Shown here one piece after another: positions 29,896-38,344 of a DNA stretch of 64,000 nucleotides. The notes below the pieces were generated by a model, which did no database searches, was not told the origin of the DNA, and saw only the letters and a list, made by a program, of their open reading frames with translations. The position numbers were made by a program, and so were the translations under genes. Origin of the DNA: an uncultured Gammaproteobacteria bacterium (GTDB lineage Bacteria > Patescibacteriota > Patescibacteriia > Patescibacteriales > UBA12465); the NCBI GenBank assembly GCA_964435515.1, contig CAYSZD010000005.1:8813-72812 (forward strand). The letters run 5' to 3'. Numbering within the stretch: position 1 is the first letter of the stretch; every line of letters begins with the position of its first letter.

Positions 29896-30216
29896 TTATT
29901 TTTTAAGAGTAATATGCCGAACTAAGTCACTTAAATCTTTATCTAATTTATTTATTTTTAATCTTAGTTTAAAGATAAGATAAAAGAGACTAAGGATAGC
30001 TAGGTATAAAAGAAAATTAATACCAGAGCCAGAGAAACCAAGTATTTCTACTAATTGGTCTAGTTGTTTTAGAAAAATAATAGCGATGGCGCCCAGTCCC
30101 CAGAAAGATAACCAAAAAACGAATTCATTACCATTAATTTGCTTTTTCTTTTTTTGTTGAAAAAGTCGGATAATAAAGAAAAGGATAAAGAGTAGAGCAA
30201 GTGTTTGTTGAAGCAT
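29896..30216 (-). CDS. Small two-TM membrane protein, DUF2304-like (typical GT2 partner)
   Basis: 106 aa with two hydrophobic helices and a basic linker; located in the glycosyltransferase block. Confidence 0.45.
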   Translation of the reverse strand: MLQQTLALLFILFFIIRLFQQKKKKQINGNEFVFWLSFWGLGAIAIIFLKQLDQLVEILGFSGSGINFLLYLAILSLFYLIFKLRLKINKLDKDLSDLVRHITLKK

Positions 30217-30293
30217 ATTGACAAAAGTTAGTGTGTATAGTTAAATATAATGTTAATTAATAGTTCATTTATAAACCTAAAACAATAGAAATC

Positions 30294-30728
30294 ATGAAAA
30301 ACATCACTTGGAAACAGCTGAAAGGGCTCGGTTGGTTCTGTATTGTTTATGCCCTCAGTCGTTTACTTCTATCTTTGCCTGCATTGGCCTTACAAGAAAC
30401 AAGCATGTTTGCTATCTTTTTTGGTGTCATGACCGGCGCCTGGCTGGTGTTTACGGCCTACAGATCTAACCAAGCTTTATTGGGACTTTCTGTGAGCGTT
30501 CTCGTTGCATTAGCCTTTATTTGGCTAAGCTGGGGAGACTTTGGCGTTGTTGGTATGGGGATTGGTATGGCTGGCTTGGCTCTGGCCACTCTTGTAACTT
30601 CTGTGGTGCTAATTATTAATCGTATCAACAAGAAGAAAGAATGGCTCATACCTTTGTTGCTTCATGGCATCGGTACGGTGGTGCTCATTTTATTAATGGA
30701 ATATTTGGTCTTACCAGTAATTTATTAA
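30294..30728 (+). CDS. Hypothetical polytopic membrane protein; GC-rich compositional outlier
   Basis: 144-aa ORF with four predicted TM segments and visibly higher G+C and ctg/ggc/gcc codons than its neighbours. Followed by a terminator. Confidence 0.5.
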   Translation: MKNITWKQLKGLGWFCIVYALSRLLLSLPALALQETSMFAIFFGVMTGAWLVFTAYRSNQALLGLSVSVLVALAFIWLSWGDFGVVGMGIGMAGLALATLVTSVVLIINRINKKKEWLIPLLLHGIGTVVLILLMEYLVLPVIY

Positions 30729-30746
30729 GCTGAGAAGACTTTTTAT

Positions 30747-30773
30747 AAGGCGAATATCTATTCGCCTTTTTTT
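30747..30773. terminator. Rho-independent terminator shared by convergent genes
   Basis: ggcgaata-tct-attcgcc hairpin followed by ttttttt. Confidence 0.6.
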
Positions 30774-31431
30774 ATTGTCCAATTTTCTGAATAATTAAAT
30801 CTTTAATAATTCTAATACCGCCAGAAAATTTTTGACCATATTCGTGATAGCTGACAGTAATTGCCACTTCTTTAATGCGCCATTTGCTTTGACTTAATTT
30901 AATAAGAATCTCACTACAATGAGCCATGCCTCTATTTTCTATTCTAAAACTTTTAGCTACATCTTTGGTATAGGCACGAAAACCACTTTGTGGATCACTA
31001 GTTTTAACGCCAAAAAAACGATTAACTATTTTAGCTATTGGGTGTATAAGGTATTTTTTTAATTTTGGCAAATTAGAGTCTTTGCCTAAAAAACGAGAAC
31101 CAAAGACAATATCAGCTTGATTATCAATAATCGGTTTTATAATATCAGGAATTTCATTAGCTGCAAATTGATCGTCAGCGTCAAAATGAACAATAATATC
31201 AGCTCCTAGATTTAAGGCATAATCACTGCCAGTTTGCAGGGCGGCGCCTTGGCCGCGATTAATTGGATGTCTTAGGGCCAAGGCTCCTGCTTCTAGAGCT
31301 AGTTGATAGGTATTATCTTTAGAGCAGTCGTCAACTACAATGACAATATCAACAAAGTTTTTTACTTTGTTGATAACTTTGACAATATGTTTAGCTTCGT
31401 TCCAAGCGGGTATAACACAAGCAATCTTCAT
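30772..31431 (-). CDS. Glycosyltransferase family 2 (polyprenyl-phosphate sugar transferase-like)
   Basis: MKIACVIPAWNEAKHI...VVDDCSKDNT and DADDQ (DxD) motifs; 219 aa. Confidence 0.8.
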   Translation of the reverse strand: MKIACVIPAWNEAKHIVKVINKVKNFVDIVIVVDDCSKDNTYQLALEAGALALRHPINRGQGAALQTGSDYALNLGADIIVHFDADDQFAANEIPDIIKPIIDNQADIVFGSRFLGKDSNLPKLKKYLIHPIAKIVNRFFGVKTSDPQSGFRAYTKDVAKSFRIENRGMAHCSEILIKLSQSKWRIKEVAITVSYHEYGQKFSGGIRIIKDLIIQKIGQ

Positions 31432-31436
31432 AATTT

Positions 31437-32525
31437 TTATTTTTTTTCAGATAGGTAGCTAATTTCTTCTAAACTAATAATACCTAATTCGGCTTTTTTT
31501 AGGGCTTCTAAGATGAGCGGTTTATAGTCTTTGGCCAGTTTTCCTTGTTTGTCAAAATCCATAATTTCAAAAACAGCTATTTTTTCTGTTTTAGGATTTT
31601 TTCTACATTTATTACAAATCCTATTGATATATGTTTGACGGGGCCAATAGTGTGATGCTAATGGCCATTTTTTTGTAATATTTTTTTTAAGTTCTATATC
31701 TGTGCTTAATTTTGTGAGACAGTGAAGACAAAGGCGAGGAAAAAGTTGTTGACAGGTGATGAGTAATAGGCGCTCAGCAATGCCAGCTGATGATATACCG
31801 GCTTGTCTTAAAGCTTTTAGGCTTTGTGCAGCAGAAGTATAGGGTAGGGCTACAATTACTAGTCGACTGGCGGATATTCGCCACAAGCTTTTTAAATCTT
31901 CTTTATTTAATTTAGCATCACAAGCTATAACATCGCTATCAAGACGAGATAAGAGTTGTAGGCTACTACTGACACCGCCATAACTTTTTGCTTTAATGGT
32001 GTTTAAATTACTTAGAGAATATTGCGGATAATCTTCTATAGAGTATAGAGCTCTGTGGCTGTCAATTAAAGATAGGATGGAATAATAAGTAGTTGTGAGT
32101 CCTTGTTCTTCTGGGGCGCTGAGTATGATGAGGCCGGTTTTCTTGTTTAAAGCAGTCTGAATCTTTTGTTGTTGGGCTCTATTGAGACCTAGTCCGGAAA
32201 ATCTTTTTATTTTGGCTCTGGTAGAACTAAGACTGATACTTATTTTGTCACCGTTTTTAGCGGGAGTAATACTAGCCCTACCACTAATAACATTAGAACC
32301 ATCTAGTATTTTAAAGCGTTTATTACGAATATATTCATTTTCCTGAGCTTCTAAAATAGCCCTAAAAACAGCAATAATTTGCTCCTCTGCGTCAGCTGGG
32401 AGTTGCCAGTGGTCATTTTCATTATAACGACAGATAAGTTTATTGTTTTGTTTTTCTAAACTTAAATGTTTATAGCCACGCTCATTGGCATAGCGGCAAA
32501 TTTTTGTAATAGTTTTTTGAGGCAT
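31437..32525 (-). CDS. GspE/PilB-family secretion-ATPase homolog with degenerate catalytic motifs (predicted pseudo-ATPase)
   Basis: Collinear with the PilB core: Walker A GLIILSAPEEQGLTTT in place of G(L/P)TGSGKST, Asp box DSDVIACDAKLN with the Glu lost, His box SRLVIVALPYTSAA with the His lost. The C-terminal CxxC...CxxC (RLCLHCL, CNKCRKN) is retained. Confidence 0.6.
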   Translation of the reverse strand: MPQKTITKICRYANERGYKHLSLEKQNNKLICRYNENDHWQLPADAEEQIIAVFRAILEAQENEYIRNKRFKILDGSNVISGRASITPAKNGDKISISLSSTRAKIKRFSGLGLNRAQQQKIQTALNKKTGLIILSAPEEQGLTTTYYSILSLIDSHRALYSIEDYPQYSLSNLNTIKAKSYGGVSSSLQLLSRLDSDVIACDAKLNKEDLKSLWRISASRLVIVALPYTSAAQSLKALRQAGISSAGIAERLLLITCQQLFPRLCLHCLTKLSTDIELKKNITKKWPLASHYWPRQTYINRICNKCRKNPKTEKIAVFEIMDFDKQGKLAKDYKPLILEALKKAELGIISLEEISYLSEKK

Positions 32526-32604
32526 ATATAATTATTATATCATTATTTGTGATATTTTTAAAATAAGCTTGGATATGTTAAAATAGGAGCAGAAAACATC
32601 TTAG

Positions 32605-33060
32605 ATGCTTTTATTGATGTATTTATATAGTTTTAGTATTTATTATATGGCTTTTTCTTTTTTTGGTTTTTGGTATAATTTGAAAAAAAATTTGAGTTCA
32701 TCTTTTCAATCTTATTGGCGCTACACGCCTAATCGCTGGTATTTTTTTAGTATTATTGTTTTACAACTTTTAATTTGGTTTTTTGCTTATCGAATTTTTT
32801 CTCTTACTGGTTCAGAGTTGTTTGTGTCTCACTATAATGTTGATTTTGGTATTGATGGTATTGGATCAGCTAGACGAGTGTTTGAAGTTCCTATTATTAC
32901 TTTAATAATCACTATTTTTAATTTTATTTTTTTAATGCGTTTTGGGCGTAAAGATATTTTTCATTTTTTAGTTCACGCAATTGGTTTGGCTTCGGTGGCG
33001 ATTCAATTTTTAGCGGCGCTATCTTTAATGTCTCTTTATTTAATTAATTTTATTGCTTAA
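32605..33060 (+). CDS. Hypothetical membrane protein
   Basis: 151-aa hydrophobic ORF upstream of mraY. Confidence 0.45.
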   Translation: MLLLMYLYSFSIYYMAFSFFGFWYNLKKNLSSSFQSYWRYTPNRWYFFSIIVLQLLIWFFAYRIFSLTGSELFVSHYNVDFGIDGIGSARRVFEVPIITLIITIFNFIFLMRFGRKDIFHFLVHAIGLASVAIQFLAALSLMSLYLINFIA

Positions 33061-33063
33061 ATT

Positions 33064-34113
33064 ATGACAACTTTTTACATTGTTAAAATTTTACTATTAT
33101 CTTCTTTAGCTTTTATTTTTGCAATTACGCTCACTCCTATTTTAACTAATTTTTTATATAAGTATAAATTAGGGAAGCAAATAAGGAATAGCGGAGCTAC
33201 GCCTATTTTTAGTAAGTTACATGCCCATAAAGCTGGCACACCAACGATGGGAGGTATATTAATTTGGGGAACAGTTTTAGTGTTTATGGTGTTTTTCTCT
33301 TTTTTAGCAGATGTTTTTCCCGGAGAAATATTTAAATATTTGAATTTCTTTTCTCGCTCTGAAACCCTTTTACCTTTAGGTGTTTTAATTGCTAGTGCTT
33401 TAATTGGTTTAATAGATGATTGGTTAGATGTTAGTGGACACGGTATGTTTGGTGGAGGCGGTTTAAAGTTAAGGCATCGTTTATTAATCTATACTATTAT
33501 TGCTTTAGCAGGAGCTGCTTGGTTTTATTTTAAATTAGATTGGACAGTTTTTCATGTACCCTTTTTAGGTAATTTTGAAATATCATGGTGGTATATACCA
33601 GTTTTTGTTTTTGTAATTGTGGCGACATCTTTTTCAGTTAACGAAACAGATGGCTTAGATGGTTTAGCTGGTGGTACTTTACTTATTGCTTTTGCTTCTT
33701 ATGCTATTATTGCCTTTGCTCTTGGCCGTTATGAATTAGCTGCTTTTTGTGGAGTGATATTGGGAGCTTTATTAGCTTTTTTATGGTTTAATATTCCACC
33801 GGCTAGATTTTATATGGGAGATACCGGGGCAATGAGCTTGGGGGTTACTTTGGGGGTAATTGCCATGCTGACAAACAGCGCTCTATTATTGCCCCTTATT
33901 GGTTTGATATTTGTGATAGAATCTTGTTCTGTCCTAATTCAGCTTTTATCCAAAAAAATAAGAAAGAAGAAGGTTTTTCTCTCTAGTCCAATTCATCATC
34001 ATTTTCAAGCAATCGGTTGGCCAGAATCTAAGATAGTTATGCGTTTTTGGGTTATATCAGCTTTAGGAGCCATTTTGGCACTGATTATCTTTTTAATTGA
34101 TCGTCAATGGTAA
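33064..34113 (+). CDS. mraY: Phospho-N-acetylmuramoyl-pentapeptide transferase MraY
   Basis: Polytopic; conserved DDWLDV motif and the HHH motif region (SPIHHHFQ). Confidence 0.9.
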   Translation: MTTFYIVKILLLSSLAFIFAITLTPILTNFLYKYKLGKQIRNSGATPIFSKLHAHKAGTPTMGGILIWGTVLVFMVFFSFLADVFPGEIFKYLNFFSRSETLLPLGVLIASALIGLIDDWLDVSGHGMFGGGGLKLRHRLLIYTIIALAGAAWFYFKLDWTVFHVPFLGNFEISWWYIPVFVFVIVATSFSVNETDGLDGLAGGTLLIAFASYAIIAFALGRYELAAFCGVILGALLAFLWFNIPPARFYMGDTGAMSLGVTLGVIAMLTNSALLLPLIGLIFVIESCSVLIQLLSKKIRKKKVFLSSPIHHHFQAIGWPESKIVMRFWVISALGAILALIIFLIDRQW

Positions 34114-34125
34114 TATTATTTTGTT

Positions 34126-35271
34126 ATGATTAAATATCTTAGACGCATTTTAAATAAATCAAAACAACTCGGACCAGCCGACCCTTGGCTCTTGTTTGCA
34201 TCTGGAGCTTTGTTAGTTATTGGTTTAGTTATGCTGTCTAGTGCTTCAGCGGTGGTTTCTTATGATAGCTTTGGTAATACTTATCATTATTTTTTTCGTC
34301 AATTAATAGCGGTAGTTATTAGTTTGGCTTTCTTTTTTTTATTTTATCATATTGATTATCGCACTTGGCGTCGTTTTGCTATTTGGGCTTTATTTGCTTC
34401 TATTATTCTTTTAGTTTTAGTTTTTATTCCTGGCCTTAGGTCTGAGTATGGGACCGCTAGAAGTTGGATTGTAATTTTTGGACAATCTTTTCAGCCAGCG
34501 GAATTAGTGAAGCTAACTTTTTTAATTTATTTAGCTACTTGGCTTGAAGCTAAAAAGGGGCAATTACAAGAAGCGGGAAGTGGTATTGTGCCTTTTATTA
34601 TTAGTTTAGTGATTATCGGAGCTTTAATGTTGGCTCAACCAGATTTAGGCACTCTCTTTGTTATTTTATTTTCTTCTTTTGTGGCCTTTTTTGTAGCTGG
34701 AGGTAAATTTTCTCATATTTTAGTTACTATCTTATTGGCTGTTTTTGCTATATCGCTATTGCTCTATGCTACCACCTCTTATCGTAATGCTCGGTTTTTA
34801 TGTTATAAAGATCCGAGTTATAGTACTCAGAAAGAATGTTATCAAATTAATCAGTCTTTAATTGCCGTTGGTTCCGGTGGTTGGTTTGGTAGGGGTTTAG
34901 GGGAAAGTAGACAAAAGTTTATGTATTTACCAGAGGTTTGGGGTGATTCTATTTTTCCGATTATTGCCGAGGAGATTGGTTTTATTTTTAGTAGTATTTT
35001 ATTAATTTTATTTGGACTACTTTTCTATCGTGGTTTAAAAATTGCTCGTCATGCTCCAGATGTCTATGGTACAGCTTTGGCGGTTGGGATTGTGGCTTGG
35101 TTAGTTATCCAAACTTTCCTAAATATTGGTGGTATGTTAAATTTAATTCCCATGACTGGAGTGCCTTTACCTTTTATATCTTCAGGTGGTTCTTCGATGT
35201 TAGCTTTATCTATGGCGATTGGTATTTTGGCAAATATTAGTAGACAAACTTCATATGGTCGCAGAAAATAA
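34126..35271 (+). CDS. ftsW: SEDS family peptidoglycan glycosyltransferase FtsW/RodA
   Basis: Polytopic membrane protein with conserved C-terminal region (PMTGVPLPFISSGGSSM), located between mraY and murG. Confidence 0.8.
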   Translation: MIKYLRRILNKSKQLGPADPWLLFASGALLVIGLVMLSSASAVVSYDSFGNTYHYFFRQLIAVVISLAFFFLFYHIDYRTWRRFAIWALFASIILLVLVFIPGLRSEYGTARSWIVIFGQSFQPAELVKLTFLIYLATWLEAKKGQLQEAGSGIVPFIISLVIIGALMLAQPDLGTLFVILFSSFVAFFVAGGKFSHILVTILLAVFAISLLLYATTSYRNARFLCYKDPSYSTQKECYQINQSLIAVGSGGWFGRGLGESRQKFMYLPEVWGDSIFPIIAEEIGFIFSSILLILFGLLFYRGLKIARHAPDVYGTALAVGIVAWLVIQTFLNIGGMLNLIPMTGVPLPFISSGGSSMLALSMAIGILANISRQTSYGRRK

Positions 35272-36349
35272 TAAAAAATTAATTATTTTATCTGGTGGCG
35301 GTACTGGTGGCCCTAGTACTGTTCCATTAGCTTTGGCTCAGGCATGTAGTAAGATAGATAATAATATTTCTTTTATTTTTATTGGTTCTAATCCAGATTT
35401 AGAGAAAACTTTATTTGCTGATTTATTTAAAAAATTAGACATTCGTTATTTATCTTTGCCAGCGGGAAAATGGAGACGTTATTTTTCTCTAAATAATTTT
35501 TTTGATTTATTTAAAATTATTTACAGTTTTTTTAAATCATTCTTTTTACTTATTAGATTGAAACCAAAAATGATTATATCGGCTGGTTCTTTCGCTAGCG
35601 TACCATTGGTGTGGGCAGGGAAGCTGCTTAGAATAAAGATAATGGTTCATCAGCAAGATTTGCGACCTGGCTTAGCTAATCGTTTAATGGCACCTATAGC
35701 TGATATTATTAGTGTTGCCTTTGAGAAATCTTTACAAGACTATAATTCTAAAGCGCGGTGGATAGGTAATCCATATTTAGATGATGCTAAAAATATTGAA
35801 TTGGATAATTTTAAAAAAAATAATGATGACTGTCCTTTATTATTTTTGTCTGGTGGCGGTAGTGGCTCAGTGGCTTTAAATCGTTTACTGATAGAAGCTT
35901 TGCCGTATTTGCCTGATAATTGGCAGTTTGTTCACCAGACTGGTAAAGGTAAAAGTATAGGGGAATTAGAACGGCCAAATTATTTAGCAGTTGAAAATTT
36001 TTCGCATGGAGATTTTTTTAAGTGGACACAAAGGGCAGATATAATTATTAGCAGGGCTGGACTCGGCTCTTTAACTGAATTTTCATATCTTGCTAAAGCG
36101 CTAATTCTTATTCCTATTCCTCATAGTCATCAGGAGGATAATGCTTTATATTTTGCTGAAAAAGATGCAGCGATTTATTTAAAGCAGAAAGAAATGAATG
36201 GACAAAAATTAGCTGAAGTACTTTTATCTCTTTGGCAGAATAAAGAGAAAATAGAGGATTTAAAAAAGAATATTAGTTTTATAATGCCCAAGGCAGCAGC
36301 TTTAATTGGAGCTGAAATTATTAAACAAACTATTTATGAATCTGCTTAA
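35255..36349 (+). CDS. murG: UDP-GlcNAc:undecaprenyl-PP-MurNAc-pentapeptide GlcNAc transferase MurG
   Basis: LSGGGTGG N-terminal motif and C-terminal RAGLGSLTEF. Start chosen at the internal ATG 35255 (overlaps the ftsW end). Confidence 0.8.
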   Translation: MVAENNKKLIILSGGGTGGPSTVPLALAQACSKIDNNISFIFIGSNPDLEKTLFADLFKKLDIRYLSLPAGKWRRYFSLNNFFDLFKIIYSFFKSFFLLIRLKPKMIISAGSFASVPLVWAGKLLRIKIMVHQQDLRPGLANRLMAPIADIISVAFEKSLQDYNSKARWIGNPYLDDAKNIELDNFKKNNDDCPLLFLSGGGSGSVALNRLLIEALPYLPDNWQFVHQTGKGKSIGELERPNYLAVENFSHGDFFKWTQRADIIISRAGLGSLTEFSYLAKALILIPIPHSHQEDNALYFAEKDAAIYLKQKEMNGQKLAEVLLSLWQNKEKIEDLKKNISFIMPKAAALIGAEIIKQTIYESA

Positions 36350-37721
36350 ATATAAACACTTTTATTTAATTGGTATCAAAGGAGTGGGCATGACGATGTT
36401 GGCTCAGTTTTTAAAAAAACTTGGCAAAGATGTGAGTGGCTCAGATATTAGTGATGTTTTTATGACAGATAGGGTTTTAAAAGGAGAAGGCATTAAGGTG
36501 TTTAAAGGCTTTAAGGCAGAACGTGTGCCAAAAGAGGCTGTTATTATTTATTCTAGTGCCTATAATTCGGAAAATAATGTAGAAGTGAAAGCGGCTCAAT
36601 TATTTAAACAAGGAGTAGTTGTTAATTACGCCCAAGCTATTGGTTCGGTTTTTTCTCATTATCAAGGCATAGCTGTTTGTGGTAGTCATGGTAAGACCAC
36701 TACTTCTGCTTGGCTGGGTTTTGTATTACAAGAACTAGGTTTAAGTCCTAATGTTTTAGTTGGGGCCGCTGTCTCTCAATTAGGAGGTAGTGCTGTTCTT
36801 GGTAAGTCTGATTACTTTATTGCTGAGGCTGATGAATATCAAAATAAATTACAATATTTTAAACCTTATGGAATAGTGTTAAATAATATTGAATATGATC
36901 ATCCAGATTTTTTTAAGACCAAAGCTTCATACTATCAAGTCTTTGCTGATTTTGTGAGTAAGTTAAAAGCTAGTGGATTTTTAGTTGCTAATTATGAAGA
37001 CAGGGAGGTGAGAAAGCTTTTAAGTTTAACTAAAGCAAAAATTATTACTTATGCCATTAGTGATAATCTAGGAAAAAATGTAAAACAAGTTTCTCTTTTA
37101 GCTCACTCTTTGCATCAAGATGAAAAATTTCAATACTTTAAAGTTAATGATTTAGGTGAATTTAAGATTCGCTTATTTGGTCGTCATAATATATCTAATG
37201 CTTTGGCGGTTTTAGCTGGTGCCTTAGCTTTAGGCATTAATCCTCAAGAGATAAAATCAACTCTAGCTCTTTTTGAGGGCACTGCCAGGAGGGCGCAGTT
37301 GTTAGGAGAGTATAAGGGGGTTAAAATTTTTGATGATTATGGTCATCATCCAACTGAGATAAAAGCGACTATTCGAGCTTTTAGAGAGCGCTATAAAAAT
37401 AATAGATTAGTTGTTTTATTTCATCCTCATACTTATACGCGCACTAAGGCCTTATTTAAAGATTTTCTAACTAGTTTTGATGAGGCTGATATATTAGGGG
37501 TTCTTTCTATCTATGGTTCAGCACGAGAAAAACAAGGAGGAATCTCTTCCTTGGAATTAGTTAATGAAATTAGTAAAAGAAAAATTAAACAGGTTAAATA
37601 TTTAGCTGATTTTAATCAGGCGAGTGATTGGTTAAAAAAAGATTTAAAAAAAGGAGATATTTTAGTTTTGCTTGGGGCGGGGGATGTTTTTAGGATAGGA
37701 GAGATGTTGTTAAAAAAATAA
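36336..37721 (+). CDS. murC: UDP-N-acetylmuramate--L-alanine ligase MurC
   Basis: IGIKGVGMTMLA and GSHGKTTTS P-loop, Mur ligase C-terminal domain. Start at ATG 36336 (overlaps the murG end). Confidence 0.85.
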   Translation: MNLLKYKHFYLIGIKGVGMTMLAQFLKKLGKDVSGSDISDVFMTDRVLKGEGIKVFKGFKAERVPKEAVIIYSSAYNSENNVEVKAAQLFKQGVVVNYAQAIGSVFSHYQGIAVCGSHGKTTTSAWLGFVLQELGLSPNVLVGAAVSQLGGSAVLGKSDYFIAEADEYQNKLQYFKPYGIVLNNIEYDHPDFFKTKASYYQVFADFVSKLKASGFLVANYEDREVRKLLSLTKAKIITYAISDNLGKNVKQVSLLAHSLHQDEKFQYFKVNDLGEFKIRLFGRHNISNALAVLAGALALGINPQEIKSTLALFEGTARRAQLLGEYKGVKIFDDYGHHPTEIKATIRAFRERYKNNRLVVLFHPHTYTRTKALFKDFLTSFDEADILGVLSIYGSAREKQGGISSLELVNEISKRKIKQVKYLADFNQASDWLKKDLKKGDILVLLGAGDVFRIGEMLLKK

Positions 37722-37746
37722 TAGCTTCTTGATTATTTAAATAAAT

Positions 37747-37780
37747 AAAAAACCCGGTCTTTAAAGATCGGGCTGTTATT
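37747..37780. terminator. Terminator hairpin between convergent murC and a minus-strand hypothetical gene
   Basis: cccggtct / agatcggg stem (one G-U pair), with a T-run on the minus-strand side and a weaker T-run on the plus side. Confidence 0.55.
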
Positions 37781-38197
37781 TTATTGTTCTAGTTTCTTGA
37801 GTATGTCCTCTGCAATAATGATTTGCAAAGGTTGTGATAGAGCCGAGGCAAAAGGCTCCAACATATTTTTATATTCAGCCGTTATTTGCTCGGCTGATTT
37901 ATTTTTTAGCCACAGTTTAATGCCTTTGAGGGCAATAACGGTTGACCATATCTTTTGAGTGCTGCAAAGGGAAAAAAATAGGAAAACGTGCAGCGCCTGC
38001 TCATAATTATAAATTATTGGCACTAAGGATGACCAATTTCTTTTAAAGAAATCGTGCCGCTCTTTAGAATTAACGTTGAGCTCTTGGTTAATTTTACTAA
38101 AAACCTCTAGTTTTAACTTGATGTTTTTAGCTTTATCAAATTCTTCTTGGTATCTAGCTATATCAGCTAGCTTTTTTTCTTTTTTTTGTTTCGACAT
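37781..38197 (-). CDS. Hypothetical protein
   Basis: 138-aa ORF convergent with murC, with its own terminator. No recognisable motif. Confidence 0.4.
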   Translation of the reverse strand: MSKQKKEKKLADIARYQEEFDKAKNIKLKLEVFSKINQELNVNSKERHDFFKRNWSSLVPIIYNYEQALHVFLFFSLCSTQKIWSTVIALKGIKLWLKNKSAEQITAEYKNMLEPFASALSQPLQIIIAEDILKKLEQ

Positions 38198-38344
38198 TTT
38201 TTAGATTTTAAAGTTCTGTGCTTATTTAAACCTATTTTTTAATTTTTGTCAAATTTTAGTGCTGTTTTTATCTCTTTTACTCTTGATTTTATCTATTTTA
38301 AAGGCTATAACTAATGATATGATAAAGCTAATATTATCTAATTT

